Origin: Ginglymostoma cirratum
Taxonomy: Eukaryota
DNA: 64,000 bases
Reading direction: 5' to 3'
Assembly (NCBI GenBank): GCA_024137785.1
Contig: JAHRHZ010000107.1
Location: 186,001-250,000, forward strand
Positions 1 to 12,399 of the stretch are shown here, in pieces. The notes below the pieces were generated by a model. That model made no database searches, was not told the DNA's origin, and worked only from the letters and a program-made list of their open reading frames with translations. The position numbers and the translations under genes are program-made. Position 1 is the first letter of the stretch. Every line of letters begins with the position of its first letter.

Positions 1-90
1 AATTGCCAGTGCAATTGTATTCTAGAACCTTTGTTGAGATTGTTTTCTCAATGTGGCTAGTTTATAACAATATTCATCTTTTGATTGCAG

Positions 91-248
91 ACACCCCTGA
101 AATAATGGAAAGCCCGGAAGACTATGGCACAGAAGAAGATGAACTAGAAAATGTTAATGAAGATGCCAACAGTTCATTATCCATCGTGACTTTCGAGATC
201 TTGTTTATTCTCAGTATGCTGTACAGCACATTTGTAACTGTGCTTAAG
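91..248 (+). CDS. IgNAR: IgNAR membrane exon TM1 (cluster A; upstream exons lie outside the window)
   Basis: Acceptor ttgattgcag ends at 90 and donor AAG|gtaata follows 248. Phase-1 exon encodes (D)TPEIMESPEDYGTEEDELENVNEDANSSLSIVTFEILFILSMLYSTFVTVLK: acidic spacer plus the Ig transmembrane motif TF..LF..S..YST.VT. The IgNAR assignment rests on a paralogous copy that follows an IgNAR C5 exon at 22083. Confidence 0.88.
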
Positions 249-839
249 GTAATAACACATTTCAATAGCAATGCTTTCGGAGCTGAGAAGTTGCTAATCT
301 TCACCTCGTAATGCATACATTTTACTGAAGAATAGATGCTCCTATACAACAGAATGAAATTGGACTTGACTGATTAACTGTCTTCTTGAATATATCTCCT
401 AGATAGAATGATTGCACGGAAGAATGAATGCAAACATAAAATACTGTGGTATTTAGAAACAAAAATATGTCAGTAATGGGATAATGCTTAATTGTGAGCC
501 TCGGCTCATAGAAGGACATAATACAGGGTAAAAAAAGATTTGGTTCGTACTTATTGGTAATAAATCAGGCACAGTGAAATGTATTGAGACAAGAGGGTAT
601 GAATGAAACAAATAGATTGAAAAGAGTTCACAAATAACTGTTTTGAAATGATTCAGCATCTCCGCAATGGAATGAGGAAAACATCAGTTAATGAAGGATC
701 AGCGACAGATCAGTGTGAAGATACTGGGAAAGCATGGGTATGTTTGCATACAAAAATGACAGGCGAATTGATTTGTAACATGCAAGGTTTTTTTCCAGGA
801 CTTGGCAGGATAAATGCAGAGAACTGTTTATCCTGGAGG

Positions 840-1370
840 GAGAGTCATAGGCTCATGAAACACGGAAGAGGAACTTCGACCCATCGAGTCTGCACCGACC
901 TAAATACTCCAATCCCACCTTCCAGCATTTGCATTGAATGTTATGATAATTCAATTGCTCATCGACGTTCATATCAAAGGTCTACTCCCTTCCCAGGCTG
1001 TGTATTCCGGATTCCTATCACTGTCTGGATGAACAAATATTGCCTCAAATTTACTCTAACCCACCCGCCCTTCATTTTACAATTATGTCTCTCCCTCATT
1101 GACCATTCAACTCTGGGAAACAATAGTTTCTTACCTACCCTGTCCATGCCTCCCATAATCATATACAGCTCAACTACGTCCCCATTTGTTTTACCTTTTA
1201 AGGAAACGTACAGCCAATCTTCGTAACTAGAATGCTTCGGGTGTGGTGAATCTCTTAGACACTCCCTCTATTGCAACCACAACCTTCCTATTGTTTGGCG
1301 AGCAGAACTACACACAGTTATCTGCTGTGGCCTAATCGAAGTTTTGTATAGCTCCAATATAACCGCCCTG
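840..1370 (-). mobile_element. CR1-type LINE, decayed 3' fragment
   Basis: Begins with a gagtcatag tail-like motif and resembles the 3' part of the copy at 6690-7300. Confidence 0.55.
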
Positions 1371-1981
1371 GTCGTAACCCTAACCCTAACACGACACAAT
1401 ATATCCTGATAAAGTTGAGTGTCCAGACGCATTCATTAAAAAAAAGTGGCCAACGACATCCGCACAATGTTGAGAATGCGAATTCAATACCTCCAGCATC
1501 CTTTCTTTGAGGGAATGTTTCATCACATCTCTCCAAACAGGTTAGCGTTAAATATATTATTATCCCTCACAGTTGTGTAGTGTGTGATCAACAACATCAA
1601 TATCATCATCAGATAATGAGATGTAGTTACTACCTCAAAACATCATTTTCATCCATCTCAAGAATTGTCTTATTTCACTTAATTTCTCGAAGAGCTAATT
1701 TCAGCCACCTTGAATAATTGATCTTTGAATGAATTTCAGCCTAAACGCTGCAACCAACCCTCATGCGTTTCAGATGTTTAGGCATTGCATCGTTCTGGTG
1801 ACTCAGTGTAATGGACAATTTATGACAAATGCATCCACCTTGCAGTAAGGTCTGTCGAACCAAACACAAAATTAAGAGTTGTATGTAATTATAACAGAAT
1901 GTCTCGCTCTTTGCGTCTCATACACACACAGTCTTGAATTCGAAATCAGCGTTTTGTTCATGAAAAAGGAACAATACAGAC

Positions 1982-2115
1982 GTTCTGCAGAAAGGTCACT
2001 GCACCCAAAGCTTTAACGCTGCTTTCTCTCCACAGATGTTGCCAGACTCGCCGAGTTTTTCCAGAAATTTCTGTTTTAGGTTCACATTTCCAGTATCCAC
2101 AGTTATTTAGTTTTC
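1982..2115 (+). mobile_element. Short Penelope-derived element with decayed hammerhead motif
   Basis: gttctg..aaaggtcactgcacccaaagc..cacagatgttgccagac..tttctgttttag..ccagtatcc; same family as 22173-22312 and the tail of the Penelope element at 57560-57645. Confidence 0.7.
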
Positions 2116-3036
2116 TTGATTGATGAGAATGTGTTGTCTGACAAATATAATTTCTACATTCCAGCCATATGTTTTGCGAGTAGCTGGAAACCTCATTTCA
2201 CAAGACACCTGATTAAGTCAGAGAAGACATTTCATATTTTTTTGACATGTTCAAGGAACATGCAAGATCCTTTTTGCATTTTATTTTTAATCGCTTGTGT
2301 ATTGAATATCCCACACAGACATAAGTTGTCATCTGTTGATTTTTTCAGCAAAACAGGTTCTGTTGGAATTCCCTGCCCTAATTTTCGAAATTTAATTCTC
2401 ACCACTTTGTCGTTATATGCTGCAGGGTGTGCTGCTTCGTTTTTTTCATTAACTGGCCTCTGAAACACGTTATTCCCCCAGCACTTCCGCAACCAGTAAT
2501 CACATTGTCAACTGAAAACACGGTTTTCCTTGAGCTATTTCAAGTGACACGCCAATTGCAGGATCATGGTGTGGAGTGAAAATTAATTCAATTAATTTAA
2601 CAACAGGAATTTATCATTTGTTAATGTTTATAAATCAAATTTGCTCTGTGTTTGGCAACGGTAAATGACCTGACACTTGCCCACACGGGCCTTGATCTAC
2701 CTTTATTTCCTCTTTCTCGTTTGATCTGCTGAATTGCTAGAAAAGTTCGCTGCACACTACTTGCTATGCTTCTAAACTTTATCTTCTGTGAAAACTTGAA
2801 TCTCGGCTCCATTCGTCTTTCTTCCAAGTCCAGATTGTTCTTTGTCCTTTGCATACTTGAAGAAACATCTGACAGTGTTGAGGCTACCTCGGCATAAGCT
2901 TTGGTCAACCATTTCCAGATCATATATCAGATCTCTTGATTTCATAACTACAGTCTGGCTTTTTTGTGTATGCAATATTGATGGTGTTTGTATATTTTAT
3001 TTCAGTAATTATTGTTTCTCCCCCTCCCCCCTGCAG

Positions 3037-3045
3037 GTGAACTGA
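3037..3045 (+). CDS. IgNAR: IgNAR membrane exon TM2, coding part (VN-stop; cytoplasmic tail KVN)
   Basis: Strong pyrimidine tract tttctcccccctcccccctgcag, then GTG AAC TGA. Phase 0 matches the TM1 donor and gives a KVK-like Ig tail. Confidence 0.8.
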   Translation: MN

Positions 3046-3330
3046 CCACTGCTGTTGAAGACAAATACATCTGGTTTCATGGAAATCTTATGACTGAAAC
3101 CCCATCAGATACTGATCGCAAATGGAATTGAGTTGATTTTTCCTCTCAACCATATCAGCTGTTCCCTGGCATTACGTCAGTGTGTGTTCCTATGTGTCTC
3201 AACTTCGGAATGAGAACTGCTTGCACGTTTTCGGTCATGAGCGTTTGCCTTTGCTTTTTTTTTTACCTGTTAGTTTTCAAGAAATCCAACTTAACTGCTG
3301 CAAACTGAGGAAATTACACGTCCACAGTTA

Positions 3331-3336
3331 AATAAA
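3331..3336 (+). terminator. Candidate poly(A) signal for the membrane-form mRNA
   Basis: AATAAA about 285 nt after the TM2 stop. Confidence 0.5.
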
Positions 3337-4904
3337 CTGAAGGTAAATCTTAGAAATTTGTCACGTGTCAGTATAACATTTTGGAAGAGTGGAGATGTAT
3401 CTTATGTAACTGACCTGTTAGAGATTTGTGCAATATAACTTTGAGACTAGTAATCAGATCAACTTTCCTTATAGAACCAGTAGGCAGGCTGTCAAAAATA
3501 TAATTTTTACACAAGAGCATTGGGTAGACAAAAGCCCATTGATTTCACAAGAGTGTTCATTCACTCCTATAGAAAAAAAAGTACATCATCCAAATATTGC
3601 ATAGAAAAGTTTTGAAATGTACCTACAAGTATGAAATTTCTTCTCGCCACTGTTGTTATTAATAACCTGACTGTGCAAGCCGAAGTTTTCCCCTGTTTGG
3701 CATTTTTATTTGCTAAGTACTGAGGCTATCAGTGCTCAATGTGAGTAATAATGTCGTTTTCTAGAACCAGCAGAGGAAATGTTTGGGAATATCTTCAGTT
3801 TTTCACTGCATACAGAGCCCAGACAACACTTAATAAAAGGTCATGTATTACATTCAGTTTGATTCCATCTTGGCACAGTCTCAGGATTTCATACTCTCGC
3901 AGAAATCTCATAAATGCGATAGACTGCTATTACTATCCGTAATCGCCTTGAGAGATTATCGCAGCCCCTTTTCTTTATCCACTACAACCTATGTCACGTA
4001 GAGGACTGCACTACCCTTATATGCAGAAAAGTGTTGCAAATATGATTCCTTGTTTCAAACCATGCTGACGAATTCCCATGAAGTATGTTGTCAGATAATA
4101 GTTGCTCCAAAGCAATTGCTGTGAGGGATATTTTCCAACATACTATAAAATGATTCGCTGTCTCTCTCTACCAAAAAAATGACAAAGCAAAGGCAAACCG
4201 ACAACAGACACTGCGTAACATCGCAGTTAACATTGAAATAGTAGATTTCGCTGCTGTCTTTTGAACTGCAAATCTTGCGAGTTACTTTGAAAGTGATTAG
4301 TTGTTATATCAGAGAATAAATCTTGTTTTGAATGAGTCAGGTATTCAATCTTGGCAAGAATACGCTGTTCAACCGCTTGTGCCATTTTTGTCATTTTTAA
4401 AGCTTCTGTTTGTTGACTACCGTCACTCTGTTTCCGAACATTTGAATTAACTTCATTAAAAAGACTATAATTCTTGTAATTTACAAAAAAAGAAGTGACA
4501 TTAACTTTGGAAGCTTGCAATAATTTCCCCAAACTGTGGAAATATAATGTTGCCATATATAGATTTAAATATGTCTTTGCCTTCAATGTTGCTGTTGTAT
4601 TGTTATTTAGTTATTACCTTCATATTCAGTCAACGCAGAGGTGTGAAATGTAGCTGTTATTATCTCCTTCATGTTGCCATTCATTCAAGTTTTGCTGAAA
4701 TCCTGATCTTAAATCAAGCACGTGTTTTCAGAACGCAATTTCTTTCAGTTTGTTCCAATGGGTGTGTCAGTATTCGCCTAATATGTGGTGCTCCTTGAGC
4801 AAATAAAATCAAATTAATCATTTTGTAAACTGAGCAGTCGGTGTTCAGAACCCTATTCATTTACTTCCAATGTTTACTCCATGAGATTGAATCACAACTC
4901 ATTC

Positions 4905-5275
4905 CTGCAAAGTGGGCAGCATTGACAATTTCATTGCCCATCTCCAATTCCTCCTTGAGAGATTAATAGTGGCCTGTTTTCTTTATTCATTACAATCTAT
5001 GTTACATAGAGGACTGCACAAAACTGTCGACTTGCATGTCAGCATAGTTCGTGAATTGAAGAGGAATTGGCAAGCACTCATTTATCGAATGCATCGGATG
5101 ACCTTGCACTTCCAGAGAGTAGAGCAACGTCGTTCGGAATTTGCCACACGGCAAAGAAGAGGCACAGAAAGCCATTGCATCGGCGTCATGAATTCTAGCT
5201 GCCATCAGCATCCAGTCTTCAATTCTTCATTCTTCATGAAAGACAGAAATCATTTTATCGATCTGTATTGAATTG
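4905..5275 (-). mobile_element. Decayed SINE fragments
   Basis: Motifs cattgcccatctccaattcctccttgag and tgaattctag..tgcc, also seen at 57030-57385 and 50190-50330. Confidence 0.4.
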
Positions 5276-5729
5276 CTAGTTCTATTCAGTAATGAATGAA
5301 TCAATTACTCAAAAATTCTTAGCAGATCTTGATGACTTGGTACTGGATATTATCGACAGTGCTGATTTAATTATTTCACTTTTTAGAAGTGAAATTGGGT
5401 TTATTGTTGCAAGAAGGCAGAGGTTTGAAATTCTGCAGTGGGTAAATCCTGAATTCTGTAATTCCTGAAGGGCCAGATCAATAAAAGTGGCCTCAGCTGA
5501 GATGCAAAGATTCCAGGGACGACATTTAAAATTATTTTTAAAATGTCTTTTAAACAACCTTATAAGACGTCATGCCAAAATATTACTGCAGTTAGCCACA
5601 TTGTCAATTTTCAGTGGCACAAAACAAGAAAGTTTGATAGTCCAAAGATTTCTTGGCATCACTCAAAAGCTCACTCTCAATGCAGTCCCTTGTTTCCTTA
5701 TGTCTACAGTTTGAAGGTTGGCCTCACGT

Positions 5730-5795
5730 TTCCAACCAGTCCTACCAGTTTACAACAACCAGTTTACTTCCAACGTCCTACCAGTTTACAACAAC
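5730..5795 (+). repeat. Short tandem duplication
   Basis: gtcctaccagtttacaacaac occurs twice with ccagtttac between the copies. Confidence 0.75.
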
Positions 5796-6689
5796 ATCTG
5801 CGTTTCATGCAGTCCCTGGACATTGCGAATGACCCAAAGGCTCTTGAATAGAAGCCTTAAGAGACAGAAAATGATATCACCCTCCAAAATCAGATTTCAG
5901 TCAGTAATTTACAATAGTCATTAGCTATACATTCAAGCATCATCGAAAGTTATGGGGAAAGGCCAAAGCGATCCTTCACCAACATTTCCTGCAAGCAAAA
6001 TCTTCAACAATTTACTTGAAATGGCTTCACTCCCTGTCATGTTTTAAAAAATACGGATGGAGGTGACATAATATTGGATTCCACGAACAGATTTTGATAC
6101 CCTGCAGAGCCCAAGAACACACGTGCAAAACAACTGAATGTATAATATTAGTTTCAATAGTCTGAAGTCAATGCAATTATATTCAAGGAACAATGAGATT
6201 GAATCCACCATGCAATCTCCCTGATTGCTGTTCTGGTCATATCATGTTAATCTTTTCCGATTTCAACAACCTGCTTCTTATCAATCACAGAAAACAAAAC
6301 AAAACCTGCCAGTAAATCTTCCATGTATAATTTCTTTCCTCATTTATCGTATTCAAACTGACCATTTCAATTGGATTCAACAGAAGCAAAACTCTGTTGA
6401 AGTTATTCAGCTTTTTATCTCAGGAGATAACTTAAGCCACAATCTTTCTATACTTCGAAAAGAAGCCAAAATTAATGGATTTCCGGCAGAAAATTACACA
6501 TTGCAGCATGGTTAGGAATCAGTTTATGCTTGGTTGTGATGGTCCACTCCTGTAAAAAAAAATCAGTTGATATCACAGAATTTCTCTCCACCTAGAGACG
6601 AACGTTTGCCATTGCATGTCTGAGGAACAGGAGAAGGCATCTCAGATTGCATCGACAGGACTTCTGTTCACTTTGATCGTAAATAATTT

Positions 6690-8900
6690 CAGAAAGTCAT
6701 ACAGTTGTACAACACGGAGACAGGCCCTTCGGTGCAAACTGGTCCATGCTGATGAAAATGTCCATCCACGTTTATCCCATTTCCTTGCACTTGGCTCATA
6801 ACTTTCTGAAGCTTTCCTATCCATGTGTTCGTTCAAATGCCTTTTAAATACTGTTAACACCTCAATGACTTTGGCTGGCAGCTCATTCCATATGCGCACC
6901 ACCCTCTGTGTAAAAAAGTTGCCCCTCAGGTTCCTATGTATTCTTTTCCCTCTTACCTCAAACTGATGCTTTCTCCACCTCGATTACCTCACCTTGGGAA
7001 AAGAACTGAGCGCATTCACCCTATCCATGCCTCTCGTGATCTTATTTACATGTATGAGATCCACCGTCAGTATCCTATGCTCTAAAGAAAGCAGTTATAG
7101 CTTGTTCAACATCTCCCTTTAACTCAATCTCTTGAGTCCTGGCAACATCCTTGTAAATTTCTTCTGCACTCTTTCCATTTCAACAACATCCTTCTTACTG
7201 CAAGGTGACCAAAACTGAACACAATACTCCACCGACCACCTGTACAACTGCAACATAACTTCCCAACTTCTATCCTTCATATCCTGACTGATAAAGGCCA
7301 GCGTGCCAAAAAACTTTCTTCACTGCCCTGTCTCCCTGTGACTCCACTTTCAGGGAACTACGCACCTGAACTCCATAGCCTCTCTAATCCATTACACTTC
7401 TTTAGGCCCTATCAGTCACCATGAAATTCCTGCCCTGATTAGACTTTCCAAAATGCATCACCTCACACTTTTGTACATTAAACTCCATTTGCCATTTCTG
7501 GCCCATTTCCCCAGCTGATCAAGATCCAGATGCAAGTTCTGATAATTTTCCTCACAGTCCACTATACCACCTATTTCAGAGTCATCCACTAACTTGCTAA
7601 TCATGTCTACACAAACTTCCTCATCATGTCTTGTGCATTTCATCCAAATCATTGAGAAAGGTTACAAACAGAATTGGGCCCAGCAACGACCTCGAGGTCC
7701 ACCACTGATCCCAGTCGTTCAATCAGACAAGCGTCCTTCCACTATTACTCTCTGGTGCCTACCATCAAGCCAATTGTCCAAAAGCCTTATTGAAATCCAT
7801 ATAGACTACATCTCTTGCCCTGTCCTCATCAACCTTCCCAGTAACTTCATCAAAGAACTCCAACAAATTTGTGAGGCATGATTTCCCACACACGAAGCTA
7901 TGCTAAATACTTCTAATCAAACCCTGTTTTTTTTCCCTAAATGCATGTATAACTTATCCAGCAGAATCTTCTCAAGTAACTTACCTACCTCAGGTGCTAA
8001 GCCTTCTGGTCTATAATTCCCAGGTTTTTCTTTGTCGCCCTTTTTGAAAAGGGCTCGACTTTCACTACTGTCCAGTCTTCTGGGATCTCACCACGGCTAA
8101 TGATGATGCAAATATATCAGCCAAGGTCCCCACAATTTCTTCTGTAGCCTTTTGAAGGATTCTTGGAAATATCTGATCAGGACCAAGAGATTTATAAAAG
8201 CTGAAAGAGCTGTGGATGTGGTAAATCAGGAACAAAAACAGAAAGTTCTGCAAAAGCTCAGCAGGTCTGGCAGCATTTGTCAAGAAAAGATCAGAGGACC
8301 CGAAACTTTCATTCTGACTTTTTCTTCACAGTTGCTGTCAGACCTGCTGAGCTTTTCCTGCAACTTTTGTTTTTGTTCCAGGAGATTTATCCACCTTTAT
8401 ACATTCTAATACGACCAAAGCCTCCTCTACCGTTATTTGGACTGTCCCCAAGATATCAACACTAACTGACCCAAGTTCCCAAGTTTTCTTGTGGTCTCCA
8501 CGGTAAACACAGAAGAGAAATATTCATTGAGGACCTCACCCATCTCCTGCAATTCCACACATGCATGTCCACTTTGGTCATTGAGGAGTCCTGTTCTCTT
8601 TCTCGTCATTCTATTTCCTTTAGTATACTTAAAGAATCTCTTTGGATTCACACTAATCTTCTCAGCGAAACCGATCTTGAGCTTCCCTTTCGCCTGCCTG
8701 ATTTCCTTCTTCAGTAAAATCCTGTGTCCCTGATATACCTCGAGGGATTCCCTTGATCCGAGATGCCTGTTTCTGAGCTATGCTTCCTTCTTTTTCGAGT
8801 CAAAGCCTCAATACATCTTGTCATGGAGCGTTTCCTACTCCTGCCAAACTTGCTTCTGACCCTCACAAGAACATATATACCTTGGACTCGAGTTATCACA
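6690..8900 (-). mobile_element. CR1-type (HER1-like) LINE, 5'-truncated, degenerate ORF2
   Basis: Minus-strand ORF pieces NPKRFFKYTKG..EMGEVLNEYFSSVFTVE, KSLGPDQIFPRIL..EEIVGTLADIF, ISKLVDDSEIGG..DLDQLGKWA and VRIWNELPAKV are typical CR1 ORF2 motifs. 3' tail near 6695. Confidence 0.88.
8196..8377. mobile_element. Penelope-derived insertion with inverted halves, nested in CR1
   Basis: 13-bp target duplication ccaagagatttat (8183-8195) / ccaggagatttat (8378-8390); internal inverted arms of about 65 bp. Confidence 0.8.
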
Positions 8901-9484
8901 CTTTTAAATTCTACCTTCTTGAACTGATCGTGAATCCCAGAATGCTCCAAGAACAGTCAATCACAAACTTGAACGTATTCAGCTGATGATGTTGAGCTCT
9001 CTGTGCAATTAATTACAATGATTAAATAACAACTGTATGCTGAACATTTCCTGTCATGCTTTTGAAACTCACTGATATCTCATAATGACAAAAAGAAAGC
9101 AGGCTCAAGACATTCTAGACAGGTAGAAGCTCCGAACATATACCTTAACAAAATCTCAAAAAGTCTAATTCTGTCAATTGCAAACATCTCATTCCTCAAA
9201 CTCCGAAGAATGTCGGAGCAATTTACACAGTCTCACAAAAGGAGCATTCCCAACACATTCGCTCTCACAATTTTTGTTTGAATACAGCACGTAAAAACCT
9301 CATGTCCTGTGAGTTTCCAATCCAAGTTCCCGCTAAATTAGCTAAACTGGTAATGCATGAAAGATGATGGTTATTCAAACACTAGCCCACGAAGAAACAT
9401 AAACAGAGGCAGTCATCATGGCTGGAAAATAATTTCCTAACACATTGGCAACAACAGATTAGAGCTGCAACTGATTAGAAAGAA

Positions 9485-9745
9485 AAAAGAGCTAAAAACA
9501 GGTCAGCACATGATCAGGCCCTTTGCACCTCCCAGCCTGTGCAAAAACATTTTGGCCTTCCATACCAAAACTGTCCTCACCCACAGGAATTGTATCCCTG
9601 CATTCTGTTACTACCTATGTATCCATCTGTGTTGCTTGAATGCTGCTGTTTCTCTGCTTCCACCACCTCCTCCGGTAGCACATTCCAGGTACTCACACTC
9701 TTTGTGTGGAAGACGTGTCTCTTTTAAACTTGCCCCCATGATATG
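9485..9745 (-). mobile_element. CR1 3' fragment
   Basis: Similar to 6700-6960 (ggccctt..tatccatc..ggtagcacattcca..cactct..tgtg). Confidence 0.55.
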
Positions 9746-11388
9746 ATAATATGATAATTAACGTTCCCCAAATATTCCCAAGCCTATAAATATTCTTCCA
9801 ACCACATTTCATCCCGTAGTTCGAAATACAGTCTTTTGTTTGTATTGAGCAAACTGGAAGCATACTGTCCAATAAATGTTTCTTGTACACAATTGTACGC
9901 AAAAAAAGAAGCACGCGATCATGCTGGGAATTTTCCACAAAATAGAACACAAATAGAATAGACTGGAAATGCTCAGCAGGCTGAGCCACATCTGAGTAGA
10001 CGAAAACAAAGTGAACATTTCACATAATGAGTTTTGATCAGAACTCTTCTGTTGAAATATCATGACATGAAACTACAATCCTGGGAAATGATTCAGCTGC
10101 CTCGTAATTGTATCTACGACGATGTGCCTTCTGCCCCTCTGCCAAAGATTTTACATTTAAATGCGTCTGTATGAATCCGATTTCCAGATTCTTCAACCTC
10201 TCAAAACTTTCTTCCTGTGTGTAATTCGTTCATAATTTCAAACTTGTTACTATGTAGGCCAATATTCATAGACATTCCAATAAAAACAAAATTCAAATTT
10301 CATTTGTTATTTAAATAATTATGTCTACACGCCAGTCAACATTCTCATGAATCTCTGGTACAAACTCCGAAATCATAATTTTCAAACTCTTCGCTGGAGT
10401 TGAACACTGAAATTTTATAATCTGCAGCACCGGTTGAGATTTGTAGTTTACTCCAGCATCAATTTTAACCAAACCGTTTAATTGGACTTTTTCGAGTGTA
10501 TCAAGTTTTCACTCCCTGCATGCTGAAACATCTCTACCAGAGCCAACCAGCAAACTTCTGCAGATTCACAGAATATTGCCCTTTTGTTTAAAAACTGCGA
10601 GCTTTCTCAGAATTAATAGTGACTTGCATTTGCTAGTATTAACCAAATCGCTTCAATTTATGAGTTTCTCTTTGATATTCTAAATTAGTAACCGTAAAGT
10701 CTATCTTAATAAAACGTTCAAATTTTAACAGCACTCGGATTACATCCAAATCGTTGACATTCTTATCGAATGGAATTTGTCTGAGAAGCTAATCATGTGT
10801 GTCACCTCGATCCAGCTGAATATTATTTCTTCCTTCTCTATTCTTTGTTCTGATTTATTTTGATTGACTTCTACGTAATCTTCCACAATATGCAATTTTG
10901 AAAATCTACATTTACTTCAGAGCTAGTTAATGGTCAAAGTTTTCATTGTTCCAACGTATGTTTCAGTTTCTGTTATAAATGAACATGACACAACAAAATA
11001 AATTACGCTTTTCTATTGTTCTGACCAGGACAAAAGTTTCTACTCATAGATACGGCTTAGTGGAAGCTCAGTTGTCAGAATCACAGTATAGGGGCTCTCA
11101 GTCGTAATTATTTGCAATACCTGTGCTCTTTTGCCGACGAGTTCTCTGTCTTAAGACAGTAGGTGTTCCTGGATTTGAAATTAACATGTCACGATGTTCA
11201 TAAACGAAGAAATTAAGCACATGTGATCAATGCGGTCTAAAGAAATGTAACACAAACATTATGAAGTGTTTTCCACAGTACAATCATTATTCAGTTCATT
11301 CTAAATTGCCGATAGATTTCGGACACAAAACTCAGTCCATTACATTCCGTGAACAACGATCAATGTGACTAATCTCTTGGTGCACTCA

Positions 11389-11396
11389 ATGCAAAT
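11389..11396 (+). promoter_or_regulatory. Octamer ATGCAAAT of the pseudo-VNAR promoter region
   Basis: Exact octamer starting 65 bp upstream of V framework 1, followed by TATA-like GATAAAA at 11418. Confidence 0.55.
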
Positions 11397-11453
11397 CATG
11401 TCACTCTCCTCTTGATAGATAAAATTCGTGTATGAAATGTTACCAAATTCATT

Positions 11454-11699
11454 GCGTGGGTGAACCAAATACCAAGAACGACAATGACAGAGTTGGGAGA
11501 ATCAGTGACCATCAACTGTGTCCTAACAGATTCGAGCTGTGCATATTGGAATCAGACAATATTGTTCTCAACAATCAAGGAGATAATGTCAATTGGCGGA
11601 TGATATGTCGAATCAGTTAACAAGGGATCAGAATCATTTTCTCTATGAATAAGTGTCCTGAGAGTTCACGACAGTGGTAGTTATAAGTGGAATTCTTGG
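11454..11699 (+). pseudogene. IgNAR: Germline VNAR pseudogene (cluster B), type II/III-like (CDR1 Cys)
   Basis: Manual translation [80 protein letters not shown] aligns with the VNAR framework (no CDR2). Stops at 11601 and 11646 fall at Arg positions, the second Cys is Trp, and CDR1 has an in-frame deletion of about 4 codons. Confidence 0.94.
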
Positions 11700-11737
11700 C
11701 ACATTAATAACTCTGATGGTCTACCATTACAAAAACA
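11700..11737 (+). other. V recombination signal sequence (two-turn spacer)
   Basis: CACATTA + 22 nt + ACAAAAACA directly after the V coding end. Confidence 0.85.
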
Positions 11738-11938
11738 CCTTCAAATCTTCTGCGCAGCAAATTGGACTTTGTTTTGTTTTCTCAGTGCTCAAAATTAATT
11801 TTGAGGCTTCCAATTGTACGATGGAATAGCAGGATGCAGATTGTAAATAATTGATGCCCGACCTCAGCAGAAAAATAGAGGAAGGGGGAAATGGATATTT
11901 TGTACTGCTGTGTAATTTCAAGTAACATGCGATCCACT

Positions 11939-12021
11939 AACTACTGCACTGGAATGTATCACTGTGCAGCTGCGATGGTAGCCACAGCAATCAAGAAGAC
12001 AGTTCTCGTAATACAGCAACT
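11939..12021 (+). pseudogene. IgNAR D segment (12-D-23), coding 11967-11982 CAGCTGCGATGGTAGC
   Basis: Degenerate nonamer + 12 nt + CACTGTG (11960-11966); CACAGCA (11983-11989) + 23 nt + ACAGCAACT. Confidence 0.8.
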
Positions 12022-12399
12022 CCGACCACACATTGCTGCTGGAATCAGAAACACATTTATTTATTGGTTCTCACAATGAGTCACTCCACGTGAGCTCGGA
12101 AGGATATCAACGCTGCTTTGCTAATCCAACAGTTAGAAAACATGTTTTGGGAGGAAGACGGATTGCATTTTGCATTTTTACCAAAGAGATCCGACAAGTA
12201 CAGAAAAAGCAAATGAGCAACGAGAGACAGAATCTGGTCCCTTAAAGACCTACGAGGTCATCCATGTGTTGAAACTCAGGAGATGGGAGAGATACAAAAT
12301 GAATGCTTTGAGTCAGTTTTTCACTGTGCAGACTCTTCTAGGAGAGTCCACATTACAGAAGAGGGACGTCTCAGAAAAGAATAAGGTATGTCAGTCTCC

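Noticed and set aside
648-1226. 192-aa ORF
   Set aside because: Lies in the TM1-TM2 intron and largely overlaps an antisense CR1 fragment
1375-1390. (TAACCC)2.7 telomere-like repeat
   Set aside because: Too short to call an interstitial telomeric site
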